Source: an uncultured Anaerolineaceae bacterium
Lineage (GTDB): Bacteria > Chloroflexota > Anaerolineae > Anaerolineales > UBA4823
NCBI GenBank assembly: GCA_964385625.1
Contig: CAYLPS010000001.1
Coordinates: 27,287-91,286, forward strand
DNA: 64,000 nucleotides
Reading direction: 5' to 3'
Part shown: positions 9,414 to 19,097 of the stretch, piece after piece
Layout of the letters: the number at the start of each line of letters is the position of its first letter
How positions within the stretch are numbered: the first letter of the stretch is position 1
The notes under the pieces: generated by a model
The model's database searches: none
Told to the model about the DNA's origin: nothing
Seen by the model: only the letters and a program-made list of their open reading frames with translations
Made by a program: the position numbers and the translations under genes

Positions 9414-10373
9414 ATGGTAGCCCAACAAAATGAAAATCCGCAAGCACCTGAGATGGATGAAGCCTGGTGGTCGGCTTTGCTGTCAGATGAGGAGAAACAC
9501 GAGAATAACGGGGGAAAAGATTATCTGCTGGAAGATAATTACCAGCGGGAGGTACGCAGCCCTAGGCGAGCTCAAAAACCAGGTGAGATCGACTGGCAAA
9601 GGGTGCGTAATTTATTTAATTCCGACCAGGTAGTCACGCTGGAGATCACCGGATTTAATCGCGGAGGCCTGTTGGTTGCTGGTGGTGACCTTCACGGGTT
9701 TGTGCCTATCTCACACCTGCTGGAGATAAATTGCCTGATCAATGAAAACGAGAGGGAAAAAATCCTGGCAGGGTATGTGGGCCGTTCTGTGGCGTTTAAG
9801 GTGATTGAATGTGATCCTGAGCGCGGGCGGGTGGTATTTTCTGAGAGAGCAGCATTGGCAGAATCAGGAAAACGCAATTTACTTTTCGAGCAAATTTATC
9901 CTGGCAAGTGCGTGTGGGGCATTGTAACCAACATTACCGAATTTGGAGTCTTCGTGGACCTGGGAGGGGTCGAAGGCTTAATCCATGTATCCGAGCTCTC
10001 ATGGGGCCGCGTGCGCCACCCGGCCGAGGTCACCAAAGTGGGTGAAACGGTGCAGGCTTACGTCATCCAGGTGGATCAGGATCGGTCACGCATCGCTCTG
10101 TCGTTGAAGCGGTTAATACCCAATCCCTGGGAGACAGCGGAAGATCGATATCATGCCGGGCAGGTAGTAAGTGCGGTCATCACCAGCCTGGTTCCATTTG
10201 GGGCATTTGCCCGCCTTGAAGAAGGTTTGGATGGACTGATCCATTCATCCGAGTTTACGAATGCAGATACAGAGGATGAAGGGTTGTATGAAGGCCAGGT
10301 AGTGCAGGTAAGAATTTTAAACGTCAATGCTGCCCGTCAGCGGCTTGGTTTGAGCTTAAATCTGAATCATTAG
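9414..10373 (+). CDS. S1 RNA-binding domain protein (three S1 repeats, RpsA-like)
   Basis: Three repeats of the S1 pattern are present (e.g. GIVTNITEFGVFVDLGGVEGLIHVSELS, VVSAVITSLVPFGAFARLEEGLDGLIHSSEF). Confidence 0.75.
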   Translation: MVAQQNENPQAPEMDEAWWSALLSDEEKHENNGGKDYLLEDNYQREVRSPRRAQKPGEIDWQRVRNLFNSDQVVTLEITGFNRGGLLVAGGDLHGFVPISHLLEINCLINENEREKILAGYVGRSVAFKVIECDPERGRVVFSERAALAESGKRNLLFEQIYPGKCVWGIVTNITEFGVFVDLGGVEGLIHVSELSWGRVRHPAEVTKVGETVQAYVIQVDQDRSRIALSLKRLIPNPWETAEDRYHAGQVVSAVITSLVPFGAFARLEEGLDGLIHSSEFTNADTEDEGLYEGQVVQVRILNVNAARQRLGLSLNLNH

Positions 10374-10423
10374 TCCGATTATTGCTGATAACAACCACAA
10401 AGATTGGAGAAAAATATTCTACG

Positions 10424-10990
10424 ATGAATAGATCGTGGTGGTGGCTGGGCGGGTTCCTCGTCGTGGGCATATTGCTTGGAACGGGGATCATATTCCTGGT
10501 CACCCGCCCGCCGAGAGGAGAGCCGGTCACCCTGCTGCCTGCCCCAACCCCCGCGCCCATCACTGTCTACGTGAGCGGTTTGGTTGCCAATGAAGGCCTG
10601 TATACCTTGCCGCGCGGCAGCCGGGTGAACGATGCCATACGGGCTGCGGGTGGGTTCACCAGCCAGGCTGATAGCGGCGGACTCAACCTGGCGAAGGTCC
10701 TTGAGGATGGCGAGCAAATTTTCGTGCCCGGCGTGGTTGCTACGCTGGTTCCTGATGCCACGAACCGTTCTTTACATTTTTCTCCTGGATTGATTGATCT
10801 AAATTCTGCCCCTTTGGAGCAGCTGGATACCTTGCCTGGCATCGGCCCGAAGACTGCTCAGAATATCATCGACTATCGGGCGGAACATGGCCCATTCACT
10901 AATGTTGAGCAGCTAATGGATGTGCCTGATATCGGGCAGGTGACTTTCGATAAGATCAAAGACCTGGTTAGTGTTGGAACGTCCCCATAA
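10424..10990 (+). CDS. comEA: ComEA-family DNA-binding competence protein
   Basis: N-terminal TM anchor, an SLBB-like region (ITVYVSGLVANEGLYTLPRGSRVNDAI) and a C-terminal tandem helix-hairpin-helix (LNSAPLEQLDTLPGIGPKTAQNIIDYR). Confidence 0.8.
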   Translation: MNRSWWWLGGFLVVGILLGTGIIFLVTRPPRGEPVTLLPAPTPAPITVYVSGLVANEGLYTLPRGSRVNDAIRAAGGFTSQADSGGLNLAKVLEDGEQIFVPGVVATLVPDATNRSLHFSPGLIDLNSAPLEQLDTLPGIGPKTAQNIIDYRAEHGPFTNVEQLMDVPDIGQVTFDKIKDLVSVGTSP

Positions 10991-11624
10991 CACGCTTACG
11001 GGCATTCTCGATGTGCACCAGCATCCTGTTAGTCGCTTTCGCATCATCCCCCTTCTGGAGTGCGTCGATGATCTGGCGGTGCTCGTTGAGGGAGAATGCA
11101 GCATTGTTATCACGTCTCCATGATGCCAGGTTGAAGCGCGTCGCCATCTGGTGAAGATGCAGCAAGAATTGGCATAAGTAGCGATTTCCGGTGGCTACTG
11201 CCAGGATATGGTGGAATTCGTAATCCTGGTTGGCAACAGCCGTAAAATCTTTAACCGATGCTGCAGTATCACTCCTCTCGATGGTTTCCTCGAGGTAATG
11301 GAGCTCATCCTGATTGAGGTGCTTGCAGGCGAGTGAGGCTGCTGGGCCTATCACCATGCTCATCGCCTCCATGATCTCGGTAAAATCAAAGACATTCAAC
11401 GAGGTAATCACCACCCCATGGTGGGGGATAATCTGCAACAGTGATTGTTCGGCCAGGCGCTGGCAGGCTTCACGCAAGGGAGTGCGTCCCCAACCGTAGC
11501 GCTTGATAAGACTGGCTTCGCTGATTGATAAGCCCGGCTCGATCTGCAAGTTAAGGATAAGATCGCGCAGTTCGCCCTCGATCCGGTCGCTTTCCCTTAC
11601 GTGAGATGCATCAGCAATAGTCAT
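10968..11624 (-). CDS. GntR-family transcriptional regulator (FadR subfamily, FCD domain)
   Basis: N-terminal winged HTH (LSISEASLIKRYGWGRTPLREACQRLAEQSLL) and an all-helical C-terminal FCD-like domain with conserved His. It is divergent from the glycyl-radical operon. Confidence 0.8.
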   Translation of the reverse strand: MTIADASHVRESDRIEGELRDLILNLQIEPGLSISEASLIKRYGWGRTPLREACQRLAEQSLLQIIPHHGVVITSLNVFDFTEIMEAMSMVIGPAASLACKHLNQDELHYLEETIERSDTAASVKDFTAVANQDYEFHHILAVATGNRYLCQFLLHLHQMATRFNLASWRRDNNAAFSLNEHRQIIDALQKGDDAKATNRMLVHIENARKRVMGTFQH

Positions 11625-11681
11625 AGAATCCCTCCAGGCTAATTAAACCACAAAATATCCTTTTTCGATAAAAAATATATC

Positions 11682-11695
11682 AACTGTATACAATT
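11682..11695. promoter_or_regulatory. Candidate GntR-type operator (palindrome)
   Basis: Perfect 8-bp palindrome TGTATACA (11685-11692) within aacTGTATACAatt. It fits the GT-Nx-AC core typical of GntR-family operators and lies in the divergent intergenic region. Confidence 0.35.
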
Positions 11696-11707
11696 TGGAT
11701 ATTTCTA

Positions 11708-11736
11708 TTGACTCTTTCTGGCGAAGTGGGTATAGT
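11708..11736 (+). promoter_or_regulatory. Sigma-70-type promoter of the glycyl-radical operon
   Basis: TTGACT (11708-11713), a 17-nt spacer, then TATAGT (11731-11736). The -10 ends 12 nt before the ATG at 11749, which implies a very short leader. Confidence 0.5.
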
Positions 11737-11748
11737 AGTGATCGTCAT

Positions 11749-12663
11749 ATGCCAACAGGAATGATCTTCGATATTAAGCGGTACGCCATCCATGATGGGC
11801 CTGGCATCCGTACGGCAGTGTTTTTCAAGGGCTGCCCGTTAGATTGCTGGTGGTGCCACAACCCGGAAGGCAAATCCGCACAGCCACAATTGATTTTCCG
11901 AAAGAACCGCTGTATAGCCGACAAGACCTGTATCGATGCCTGCCCAAGCGGAGCCATCACCTGGGATAATGGGTCAATTACGGATTGGGAAAATTGCAAC
12001 TCTTGCGGAAAATGCGCCCAGGTATGCTATGCTGGGGCGCGTGAGCTGGTCGGTTGGCGTATGACTATTGGACAATTAATGGCCGAAATTGAGCGCGATA
12101 TTCCGTTTTATGATCAATCGGGAGGCGGGGTCACTTTTACCGGCGGAGAGCCGCTGAACCAGAGGAAGTTTCTGGTACAGGCTTTGATGGCCTGCAAGGA
12201 AAAGCACATCCATACCACCGTCGATACCAGCGGTTATGCATCCTGGGCCAGCTTCAAGACCCTGCAGCCCCTGGTGGATTTGTTCCTGTATGATATCAAG
12301 CTGATGGATGAACAGAAGCACATCCGGTATACCAAGGTTTCGAACAGGCTTATTCTGGCCAACCTGCAAAAGCTTTCGTCTGCCGCAGCGAACATTATCG
12401 TGCGCATCCCGCTCATCCCCCAGATTAATGATGATGCTGGCAACCTCATGCAGTGCGCTGCTTATCTGGCAAACCTGCCCCACCTGGATGGGGTAGCATT
12501 GATACCTTACCATGATATCGCGGAAGCGAAGTACCTGTCTTTGGGGATGGATTACCGGCTGCCTGATACGAAACCGCCATCGCCGCAGCAGGTGGCTGAG
12601 GCGGAAGAAATTTTAGCCAGTTATCACTTACCGGTTATCGACGACCAAGGGAGCGTTTCATGA
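11749..12663 (+). CDS. Glycyl-radical enzyme activating protein (radical SAM)
   Basis: Motifs HDGPGIRTAVFFKGCPLDCWWCHNPE (CxxxCxxC) and GGVTFTGGEPL, plus two extra ferredoxin-like Cys clusters (CIADKTCIDACP, CNSCGKCAQVC). The ATG at 11749 is preferred to the TTG at 11695 because the promoter lies inside the longer ORF. Confidence 0.9.
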   Translation: MPTGMIFDIKRYAIHDGPGIRTAVFFKGCPLDCWWCHNPEGKSAQPQLIFRKNRCIADKTCIDACPSGAITWDNGSITDWENCNSCGKCAQVCYAGARELVGWRMTIGQLMAEIERDIPFYDQSGGGVTFTGGEPLNQRKFLVQALMACKEKHIHTTVDTSGYASWASFKTLQPLVDLFLYDIKLMDEQKHIRYTKVSNRLILANLQKLSSAAANIIVRIPLIPQINDDAGNLMQCAAYLANLPHLDGVALIPYHDIAEAKYLSLGMDYRLPDTKPPSPQQVAEAEEILASYHLPVIDDQGSVS

Positions 12664-15026
12664 GCATCTCAGAACGAGTGAAGAAGCTTCGTCAACAGAG
12701 CCTGGAGGCAGTGGAAACCCTCTCGCCAGAGCGCGCCGCGCTGTTGACTGAATTTTATTCAAAGGATGGCGGCTTGGTCTCAGCCCCTGTGCAGCGGGCA
12801 AAGGCCTTTGAGTACCTGCTGGAACACAAGTCAGTCACCATCCACGATGGCGAGCTGATCGTGGGCGAAAAGGGACTCGGGCCCAAACAGGCGCCGACCT
12901 TCCCTGAGCTGTGCTGCCACAGCCTCGAAGACCTGGACATTCTCAATTCACGCCAGAAGACCTCGTTCAAGGTAGCTGCTGAAACGAGGCAACTTTATGA
13001 AAACAGGATCATCCCATTCTGGAAGGGGAAGACCATCCGGGAGTTATTGTTTAGCGAAATGACCCAGGCCTGGAAAGATGCCTACCAGGCGGGTGTGTTC
13101 ACCGAGTTTATGGAGCAGCGCGCCCCGGGGCATACCGTGCTGGACGACAAGATCTATCGGAAAGGCATGCTGGATTTTCAGGCAGAGATCCAGGCCAGCC
13201 TGGCCAGGCTGGATTTTTTAAAGGATCCTCAAGCCTATGAAAAACGGGAAGAATTGCGTGCCATGCACATTGCTGCTGGTGCGCTCATACGTTATGCCGA
13301 GAGGTATGCCTGCAAAGCCCAGGAATTGGCTGGCCGCGAGCAGGATGAGAACCGCAAAGCTGAGCTGCTCAAAATTGCAGAAGTGTGCAGGCATGTTCCC
13401 GCCCACGCACCGCGTGATTTTTGGGAAGCCCTGCAATATTACTGGTTCGTTCACCTGGGTGTGACCATTGAGCTGAACACCTGGGATGCCTATTCACCCG
13501 GGCATCTCGATCAACATTTGCTGCCCTTTTACCAGCAGGGGGTCAGTGATGGTAGCCTCACCTACCTTCAGGCAGAAGAGCTGCTGGAATGCCTGTGGGT
13601 CAAATTCAACAACCAACCTGCGCCTCCCAAGGTGGGCGTGACTGCCGAGGAGAGCGGCACCTACACGGATTTCGCCCAGATCAACCTGGGTGGTTTGCGC
13701 CCAGATGGGTCGGACGGGGTAAATGATGTCACTTACTTGATACTGGATGTAGTGGAGCAGATGCGCCTGGTGCAGCCATCCGCTTCCATCCAGGTGAGCA
13801 AGAAGAATCCCGACCGCTTCATACAGCGGGCTGCGCAGATCATCCGCACCGGTTTCGGACAACCGTCGGTATTCAATTCTGACCTGATCGTACAAGAATT
13901 GGTGCGCATGGGCAAGTCAGTGTTGGATGCGCGCTGCGGGGGCTCCAGCGGGTGTGTGGAGGTGGGGGCATTCGGCAAGGAAAACTATAACCTCACCGGT
14001 TATTTCAACCTGCCCAAGGTGTTTGAAATAACCTTACATAACGGAGTGGACCCTCGCACTGGCAAAAAAATCGGCTTAGAAACCGGAGACCCGCGATCCT
14101 TCACCCACCTTGATCAGTTGTTTATCGCTTATGAAAAGCAGGTTAATTACTTCGTGGATGTCAAGGTGGGCGGCAGTAACGTAATTGAGCGCCTGTATGC
14201 CCAATACATGCCCTGCCCGTTCCTTTCTGTGCTGGTGGACGATTGCATCCGCCAGGGGAAGGACTACCATAATAGCGGTGCCAGGTATAACACCAGCTAC
14301 ATCCAGGGCGTGGGGATGGGCAGCATTACTGACGCTCTCACCAGCCTGAGCTACCACGTGTTCGACCAGCATTCGCTGGCTATGGGGGCACTGCTCGATG
14401 CCCTGGATGCCAATTTCGAGAACAGCGAGCGACTTCGTCAGCAATTGCTCAACCGAACACCCAAATATGGAAACGATGATGATTATGCCGATGCCATTAT
14501 GCGGCGTATTTTTGAGATTTTTTTCCACGCCGTGGATGGTCGCCCCAACACCAAGGGCGGTGAATACCATATTAACCTGCTGCCCACCACGGTACACATC
14601 TATTTTGGGGCGGTCACCGGCGCAACTCCCGATGGGCGCCTGGCTGGAACGCCTCTGTCGGAGGGAATATCCCCGGTACAGGGGGCAGACCATAAAGGAC
14701 CGACCGCAGTGATCCGCTCAGTGGCTAAGATGGATCATGTACGCACGGGGGGTACCCTGCTGAATCAAAAATTCACCCCCCAGTTGTTGGCTTCGGATGA
14801 TGGATTAAACAAGCTGGTATCGCTCATCCGCACATATTTCCTCCTGGATGGGCACCATGTCCAGTTTAACGTAGTGAATGCAGCCACCTTACGCATGGCA
14901 CAGCAGCATCCCGAGCAATACCGGAGTTTAATCGTGCGTGTAGCTGGCTATAGTGACTATTTTTGCGACCTGAGCAAGACCTTGCAAGATGAGATCATCT
15001 CGCGCACCGAGCACGAGGCCTTTTAG
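12660..15026 (+). CDS. Glycyl-radical enzyme of the eliminase/dehydratase class, probably trans-4-hydroxy-L-proline dehydratase-like
   Basis: 788 aa. The glycyl-radical motif is RVAGYSDYF (Gly763) and the thiyl loop is GCVE (Cys432/Glu434). There is an ATGA start/stop overlap with the activase. The substrate assignment rests on a recalled HypD residue pattern (see findings). Confidence 0.85.
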   Translation: MSISERVKKLRQQSLEAVETLSPERAALLTEFYSKDGGLVSAPVQRAKAFEYLLEHKSVTIHDGELIVGEKGLGPKQAPTFPELCCHSLEDLDILNSRQKTSFKVAAETRQLYENRIIPFWKGKTIRELLFSEMTQAWKDAYQAGVFTEFMEQRAPGHTVLDDKIYRKGMLDFQAEIQASLARLDFLKDPQAYEKREELRAMHIAAGALIRYAERYACKAQELAGREQDENRKAELLKIAEVCRHVPAHAPRDFWEALQYYWFVHLGVTIELNTWDAYSPGHLDQHLLPFYQQGVSDGSLTYLQAEELLECLWVKFNNQPAPPKVGVTAEESGTYTDFAQINLGGLRPDGSDGVNDVTYLILDVVEQMRLVQPSASIQVSKKNPDRFIQRAAQIIRTGFGQPSVFNSDLIVQELVRMGKSVLDARCGGSSGCVEVGAFGKENYNLTGYFNLPKVFEITLHNGVDPRTGKKIGLETGDPRSFTHLDQLFIAYEKQVNYFVDVKVGGSNVIERLYAQYMPCPFLSVLVDDCIRQGKDYHNSGARYNTSYIQGVGMGSITDALTSLSYHVFDQHSLAMGALLDALDANFENSERLRQQLLNRTPKYGNDDDYADAIMRRIFEIFFHAVDGRPNTKGGEYHINLLPTTVHIYFGAVTGATPDGRLAGTPLSEGISPVQGADHKGPTAVIRSVAKMDHVRTGGTLLNQKFTPQLLASDDGLNKLVSLIRTYFLLDGHHVQFNVVNAATLRMAQQHPEQYRSLIVRVAGYSDYFCDLSKTLQDEIISRTEHEAF

Positions 15027-15577
15027 AGCTTGGGCAGCACAATCGTTTGCTGGGCCTGGTACTTGCCCTTTTTATCGGCATAAGAACTCTCACAGGGCTC
15101 GTCGGCTTCGAAGAATAATACCTGGGCAATCCCTTCGTTGGCGTAGATTTTAGCAGGTAAGGGGGTAGTATTGGAAATCTCCAAGGTGACAAAGCCCTCC
15201 CATTCAGGCTCGAAAGGGGTTACGTTTACAATGATGCCGCAACGCGCATAAGTGGATTTCCCCAGGCAGATGGTCAGCACGTTGCGAGGGATGCGGAAAT
15301 ATTCGACCGTTCGGCCGAGAGCGAAAGAGTTGGGCGGGATGATGCACACCTCGCCCTGGTAATCGACCATCGAGCGCAGGTCAAAGTGCTTGGGGTCCAC
15401 CAGGGCAGAATAGACGTTGGTGAAGATTTTAAACTCATCCGCCACGCGGATATCGTAGCCATAAGACGATACACCGTAGGAGATCACCCCATCACGTACC
15501 TGGCTATCAGCGAATGGCGCGATCATGCGCTGCTCGCGTGCCATTTTACGGATCCAATGATCAGGTTTTAGCCCCAT
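15023..15577 (-). CDS. dcd: dCTP deaminase
   Basis: Motifs [22 protein letters not shown] and [24 protein letters not shown]. The internal ATG at 15577 gives a typical 184-aa product, and the 32-aa N-terminal extension in the ORF track is not credible. Confidence 0.85.
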   Translation of the reverse strand: MGLKPDHWIRKMAREQRMIAPFADSQVRDGVISYGVSSYGYDIRVADEFKIFTNVYSALVDPKHFDLRSMVDYQGEVCIIPPNSFALGRTVEYFRIPRNVLTICLGKSTYARCGIIVNVTPFEPEWEGFVTLEISNTTPLPAKIYANEGIAQVLFFEADEPCESSYADKKGKYQAQQTIVLPKL

Positions 15578-15666
15578 GTGACCCTCCTGTTCCGAAAAAA
15601 TCTCCCAAAATGTTGAAATAGCGTGATTAACAATGAAGCACTGCTTGAGTGTTCCATTGGATGTGT

Positions 15667-17412
15667 TCACCACCCGCTAGCATTGAAAATTATATCCAGG
15701 AAATGCGCTCGTTCCTCCGGGGTCATTAATCGCGGCTTGGCAAAATCGACAAAGCGGATGGTGATCAGCTCGGTGCTGATATAGCGCCCATCATAAAATA
15801 CATGCCGGTCGATAAAAGCGTCGTCGCAGGCATTGTATGCACAATAATGGTACTGGTCGAAGAACAGGTTGCCCAGCCCATAATGGATGAAGGCACCGCC
15901 ATCGAAGGAAAACCCATGCGGCTGGTGCGCCTGGCTGCCGCTGACGATGGTGGCGCCTGCTTTTGCTACCAGGCCAAAATCATTCGCCAGGATAGGTTCT
16001 GTGGTGTAGGTGTAGTATTCACGGTGTTGGAAAGTGAAAATAACCGAATATTCCTGGTCACGGAGGGTAGCAATTTCGGCGCTGATGGCATCGAAATCAC
16101 ATTGCGAAGCACCGGGATGATCATCCGTGGCGATGGCATCGCAAGGGATCGAATTTTTCACTTCACAGCCCACATTGCAGCCCATGAAGGCGATCTTATT
16201 GCCGTTATTTTCCATTAGAACCGGCTGGCGGGCATCTTCTGCATTGGCTCCACCCCCGTAATAGGGCCACCCAAGGTCTTTATACATCTGCAGTGTAAAG
16301 AGAGTGGCCTCTGCACCGTAATCCATAAAGTGATCGCCGGTTAGCTCCACCACGTCTGTGCCAACTACTTTGAGCAGTTCGATATAGGCCGGGCTGGAGC
16401 AGAACACCAGGTTGTCCATGGTGGGGGTGGGGTAAGGGCAATCGGGTGAGAACGCAATCTCGTTGCTGATGTGAGTGATGTCTGCCTGGGTTAATAGCGG
16501 GCCGATATCCTCGGCTGGGTAGGTGTAGCCTTTCATCTCCATGCTGAAAGCGGTGGCGCGCACCATGGCCGTCACCCCTGTCATGGCTACTGTGGTGAGA
16601 TGTGAGGCATCCCGGTTGCTAACCGGCAAGGTCAAGTCACTGGTGGGGACATTCACGTCCCCAATCAAGGCGAAATGAATGTTCAATGCGTATTGAGCTG
16701 GCTCAAAATCCTTGTGAATGGGCGATTGCCCATCGACAGCCAGCACTTTCCAGCGCGGTGTCAGGCTTTCGAAGGGTACGATTGCCCAGCTGGGTTGGTC
16801 AGACCAGGCAGTTTCCAACAGCTGATCGCCCGGTAAGACCCGTATGGCAAGATCTGCCGGGGCACCCCAAGCCGCGGAAAGGACACCCAAGGTGCTGCCA
16901 TCCATCAAGAGCGGGCTGCCTGCGAACGGCCCACTGGCGCCGCCAGACCAGGCTGCTTTGATATCATCGGAGCTTACCCCATCGGTGATGGTGGGAAAGG
17001 GTGCCACCAGCGCGTAGATCCATTGGATTCTGGGCGGCAGGTTTTGATTATCCGCCTCGAGTTTAAGGTTTGCATCCTGAGAGTTATTCGTTAATATGTA
17101 TCCCTGGGGAAGGTTAATTTCCGAGCGCATATCTTCCGGCAGGTAGGGTGCCAGCCAAACCAGGTAGGGTGTCTGGGTGGATGTGGCAGGTGGCTGTGTT
17201 AAAGTTGGTTGTACGGCTGTTGCCCGGGCAGTAGCCGTGGTGTTTGCCGGTTGGGTGCTGTTTGCGGTTGGAGAAATTAAAGCTGAGGGTTGTAGCCCGG
17301 TAGAACATCCAGCTAATAACAAGCACGCAATGAGGAGTGCAATGATGTGCTGGCGCATTTCATCCAGCAGGCGGATGAGGCGCAGGAATTTCTCATGAAG
17401 CTGTTGCATCAT
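15667..17412 (-). CDS. CapA/PGA_cap-family metallophosphoesterase-like lipoprotein
   Basis: Lipobox LLLAGCS and a Thr/Pro/Ala-rich linker. The C-terminal half carries CapA-like motifs ([43 protein letters not shown]). Confidence 0.55.
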   Translation of the reverse strand: MMQQLHEKFLRLIRLLDEMRQHIIALLIACLLLAGCSTGLQPSALISPTANSTQPANTTATARATAVQPTLTQPPATSTQTPYLVWLAPYLPEDMRSEINLPQGYILTNNSQDANLKLEADNQNLPPRIQWIYALVAPFPTITDGVSSDDIKAAWSGGASGPFAGSPLLMDGSTLGVLSAAWGAPADLAIRVLPGDQLLETAWSDQPSWAIVPFESLTPRWKVLAVDGQSPIHKDFEPAQYALNIHFALIGDVNVPTSDLTLPVSNRDASHLTTVAMTGVTAMVRATAFSMEMKGYTYPAEDIGPLLTQADITHISNEIAFSPDCPYPTPTMDNLVFCSSPAYIELLKVVGTDVVELTGDHFMDYGAEATLFTLQMYKDLGWPYYGGGANAEDARQPVLMENNGNKIAFMGCNVGCEVKNSIPCDAIATDDHPGASQCDFDAISAEIATLRDQEYSVIFTFQHREYYTYTTEPILANDFGLVAKAGATIVSGSQAHQPHGFSFDGGAFIHYGLGNLFFDQYHYCAYNACDDAFIDRHVFYDGRYISTELITIRFVDFAKPRLMTPEERAHFLDIIFNASGW

Positions 17413-17415
17413 GGG

Positions 17416-18957
17416 TTATAGGCTACGTTCATGCAGGGCAGTATGGATGCGGGCTTCGATCTCGGCCACATGCTGCTTAATGTCACTCAATTCGGCTAAA
17501 ATCGGGTCAGCCAGGTTGGCCGGCAGCTGCTTGCAATTGATCCGAATATTAAATTCAGCAGCCTGGATGGCTGCAGTAGCCAGGGCTGCGCCACTGGCGC
17601 CATCACTCAAGGCTGATGTGTTGCCGTAACGGATGACCTGCTCGGCCAGCTCGAGCACTCGGGCTGATTTTTTTAATACGGCCATGGGAGACTGAGTTGC
17701 CAGCAATGTAGCCTGCTCAATGGCTTTACTGCGCACATCTTGTTGAGCTGACGTATCTTTGGGTAGCCGGTAAGCCTTCATCACGCCATCAAAGGCTGAG
17801 GCATCCAGCTGTATTAGGTTGGTGAGGTCATTCCGCAGGCTTTCTGCCTGGGTAAGGATCGCCTGCATCTGCGCTTCAACTTCGGCATATTTTTTCTTCC
17901 CCATGGTCAAGCGTGCCACCATGCAAACCAGGCTGGCTGCCGCTGCGCCAGCATACGCCCCGGCTGAGCCACCGCCAGGGGTGGGCTCTCCCGAGGCCAG
18001 GGCGTCTAAGAATTCGGTGTTGAATTCAGGGTGATCGTCGCTCGGTGTTTCTGCCGAATGAAGGGAGCTGATTAACTTCTGCTCGAGGATTTGCTCGGGA
18101 GTGAATTGATCCAGCTGTAAATACCAGGCAGCAGCGTCAGCCAGCGCCTGCTCGGGGATTAACCCCACTAGTTCGGCATGGTGGATCATCACACCATAGC
18201 GGGCCGCTTCTCGCCGGATGGTTTCCACTACCAGCGGTATCGAGGTCTTGTGAAAATTGGTCAAGTTCATCGAGATCTGCGCCAGACCTTCCACCAACAT
18301 GCCCAGTGCTTTCACATATCGCAACCCTCCAGACGAGAAACGGATAGTTTTGGCGATTTTCTCGGCAGTGGCCAGATCATCGGTGGTCAGGTAAACATTA
18401 TAGGCAATTAAAGGCTGGCGGGCGCCGATTACCGTGGCACCTGCTGGACCCACATGCTTGGGTCCATAATCGGGGTCGCGCTCGGGGTTTACTCCCATTT
18501 CTTTTTTTAAAGCCTCGTATTGCCCGCGGCGTATATTTTCGAGATTTGCCCGCTCAGGACGGGTCGCAGCTTCTTCGTAAAGGTATACGGGTATCTTCAG
18601 CTCCCTGCCAACCCGTTCCCCCAGGTGGCGTGCAATCTGGACACAATCTTGCATCGTCAGGCCTGATATGGGTACGAACGGCACCACATCGGTTGCACCA
18701 ATGCGCGGATGCTCGCCCGTGTGCTTATCGAGGTCAATCAGCTCGGCAGCCTTGGCAATCGACCGGAAGGCAGCCTCTTCCACCGCCTTCGGCGACCCAA
18801 CAAAAGTAATTACTGTGCGATTATGGTCTAAATCTGAATGGTGGTCCAGCAAAGAGACCCCGGTTATCGAATTGATGCTGCCCATGATCGCCTTAACCAC
18901 ATCCGGGCGTCGGGCTTCCGAGTAATTCGGGATGCATTCCAATATCGATTGAGCCAT
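17416..18957 (-). CDS. Bifunctional glutamate formimidoyltransferase / formimidoyltetrahydrofolate cyclodeaminase (FTCD-like fusion)
   Basis: The N-terminus LECIPNYSEARR with ~300 aa forms the formiminotransferase fold. The C-terminal ~190-aa helical domain contains GGGSAGAYAGAAAASLVCMVARLT, typical of the cyclodeaminase. Confidence 0.8.
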   Translation of the reverse strand: MAQSILECIPNYSEARRPDVVKAIMGSINSITGVSLLDHHSDLDHNRTVITFVGSPKAVEEAAFRSIAKAAELIDLDKHTGEHPRIGATDVVPFVPISGLTMQDCVQIARHLGERVGRELKIPVYLYEEAATRPERANLENIRRGQYEALKKEMGVNPERDPDYGPKHVGPAGATVIGARQPLIAYNVYLTTDDLATAEKIAKTIRFSSGGLRYVKALGMLVEGLAQISMNLTNFHKTSIPLVVETIRREAARYGVMIHHAELVGLIPEQALADAAAWYLQLDQFTPEQILEQKLISSLHSAETPSDDHPEFNTEFLDALASGEPTPGGGSAGAYAGAAAASLVCMVARLTMGKKKYAEVEAQMQAILTQAESLRNDLTNLIQLDASAFDGVMKAYRLPKDTSAQQDVRSKAIEQATLLATQSPMAVLKKSARVLELAEQVIRYGNTSALSDGASGAALATAAIQAAEFNIRINCKQLPANLADPILAELSDIKQHVAEIEARIHTALHERSL

Positions 18958-19052
18958 GATTTACCTCGTCAGGTGGAATAACGGTATTATACCCTCGCAA
19001 CCAATTATGAGTTATTTTAGCCCGATGCTGGTTGCTTTGTGCCGATAAGTTG

Positions 19053-19081
19053 TTGACTTGGATTGTCGTTCACGGTAGAAT
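19053..19081 (+). promoter_or_regulatory. Sigma-70-type promoter of the LysM-M23 gene array
   Basis: TTGACT (19053-19058), a 17-nt spacer, then TAGAAT (19076-19081). An AAGGAAG RBS and the ATG at 19098 follow. Confidence 0.55.
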
Positions 19082-19097
19082 GCAAAAGGAAGCTCCC

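Noticed and set aside
15578-15673. N-terminal extensions suggested by the ORF track (dcd to 15673, LysM-M23 paralog 1 to 19032, coiled-coil gene to 32796, SelB to 31486, anti-sigma to 46824, DUF2007-like to 57202, HAD-DinB to 60812, and others).
   Set aside because: Internal start codons give family-typical N-termini, have RBS or promoter support, and remove implausible overlaps with upstream genes.
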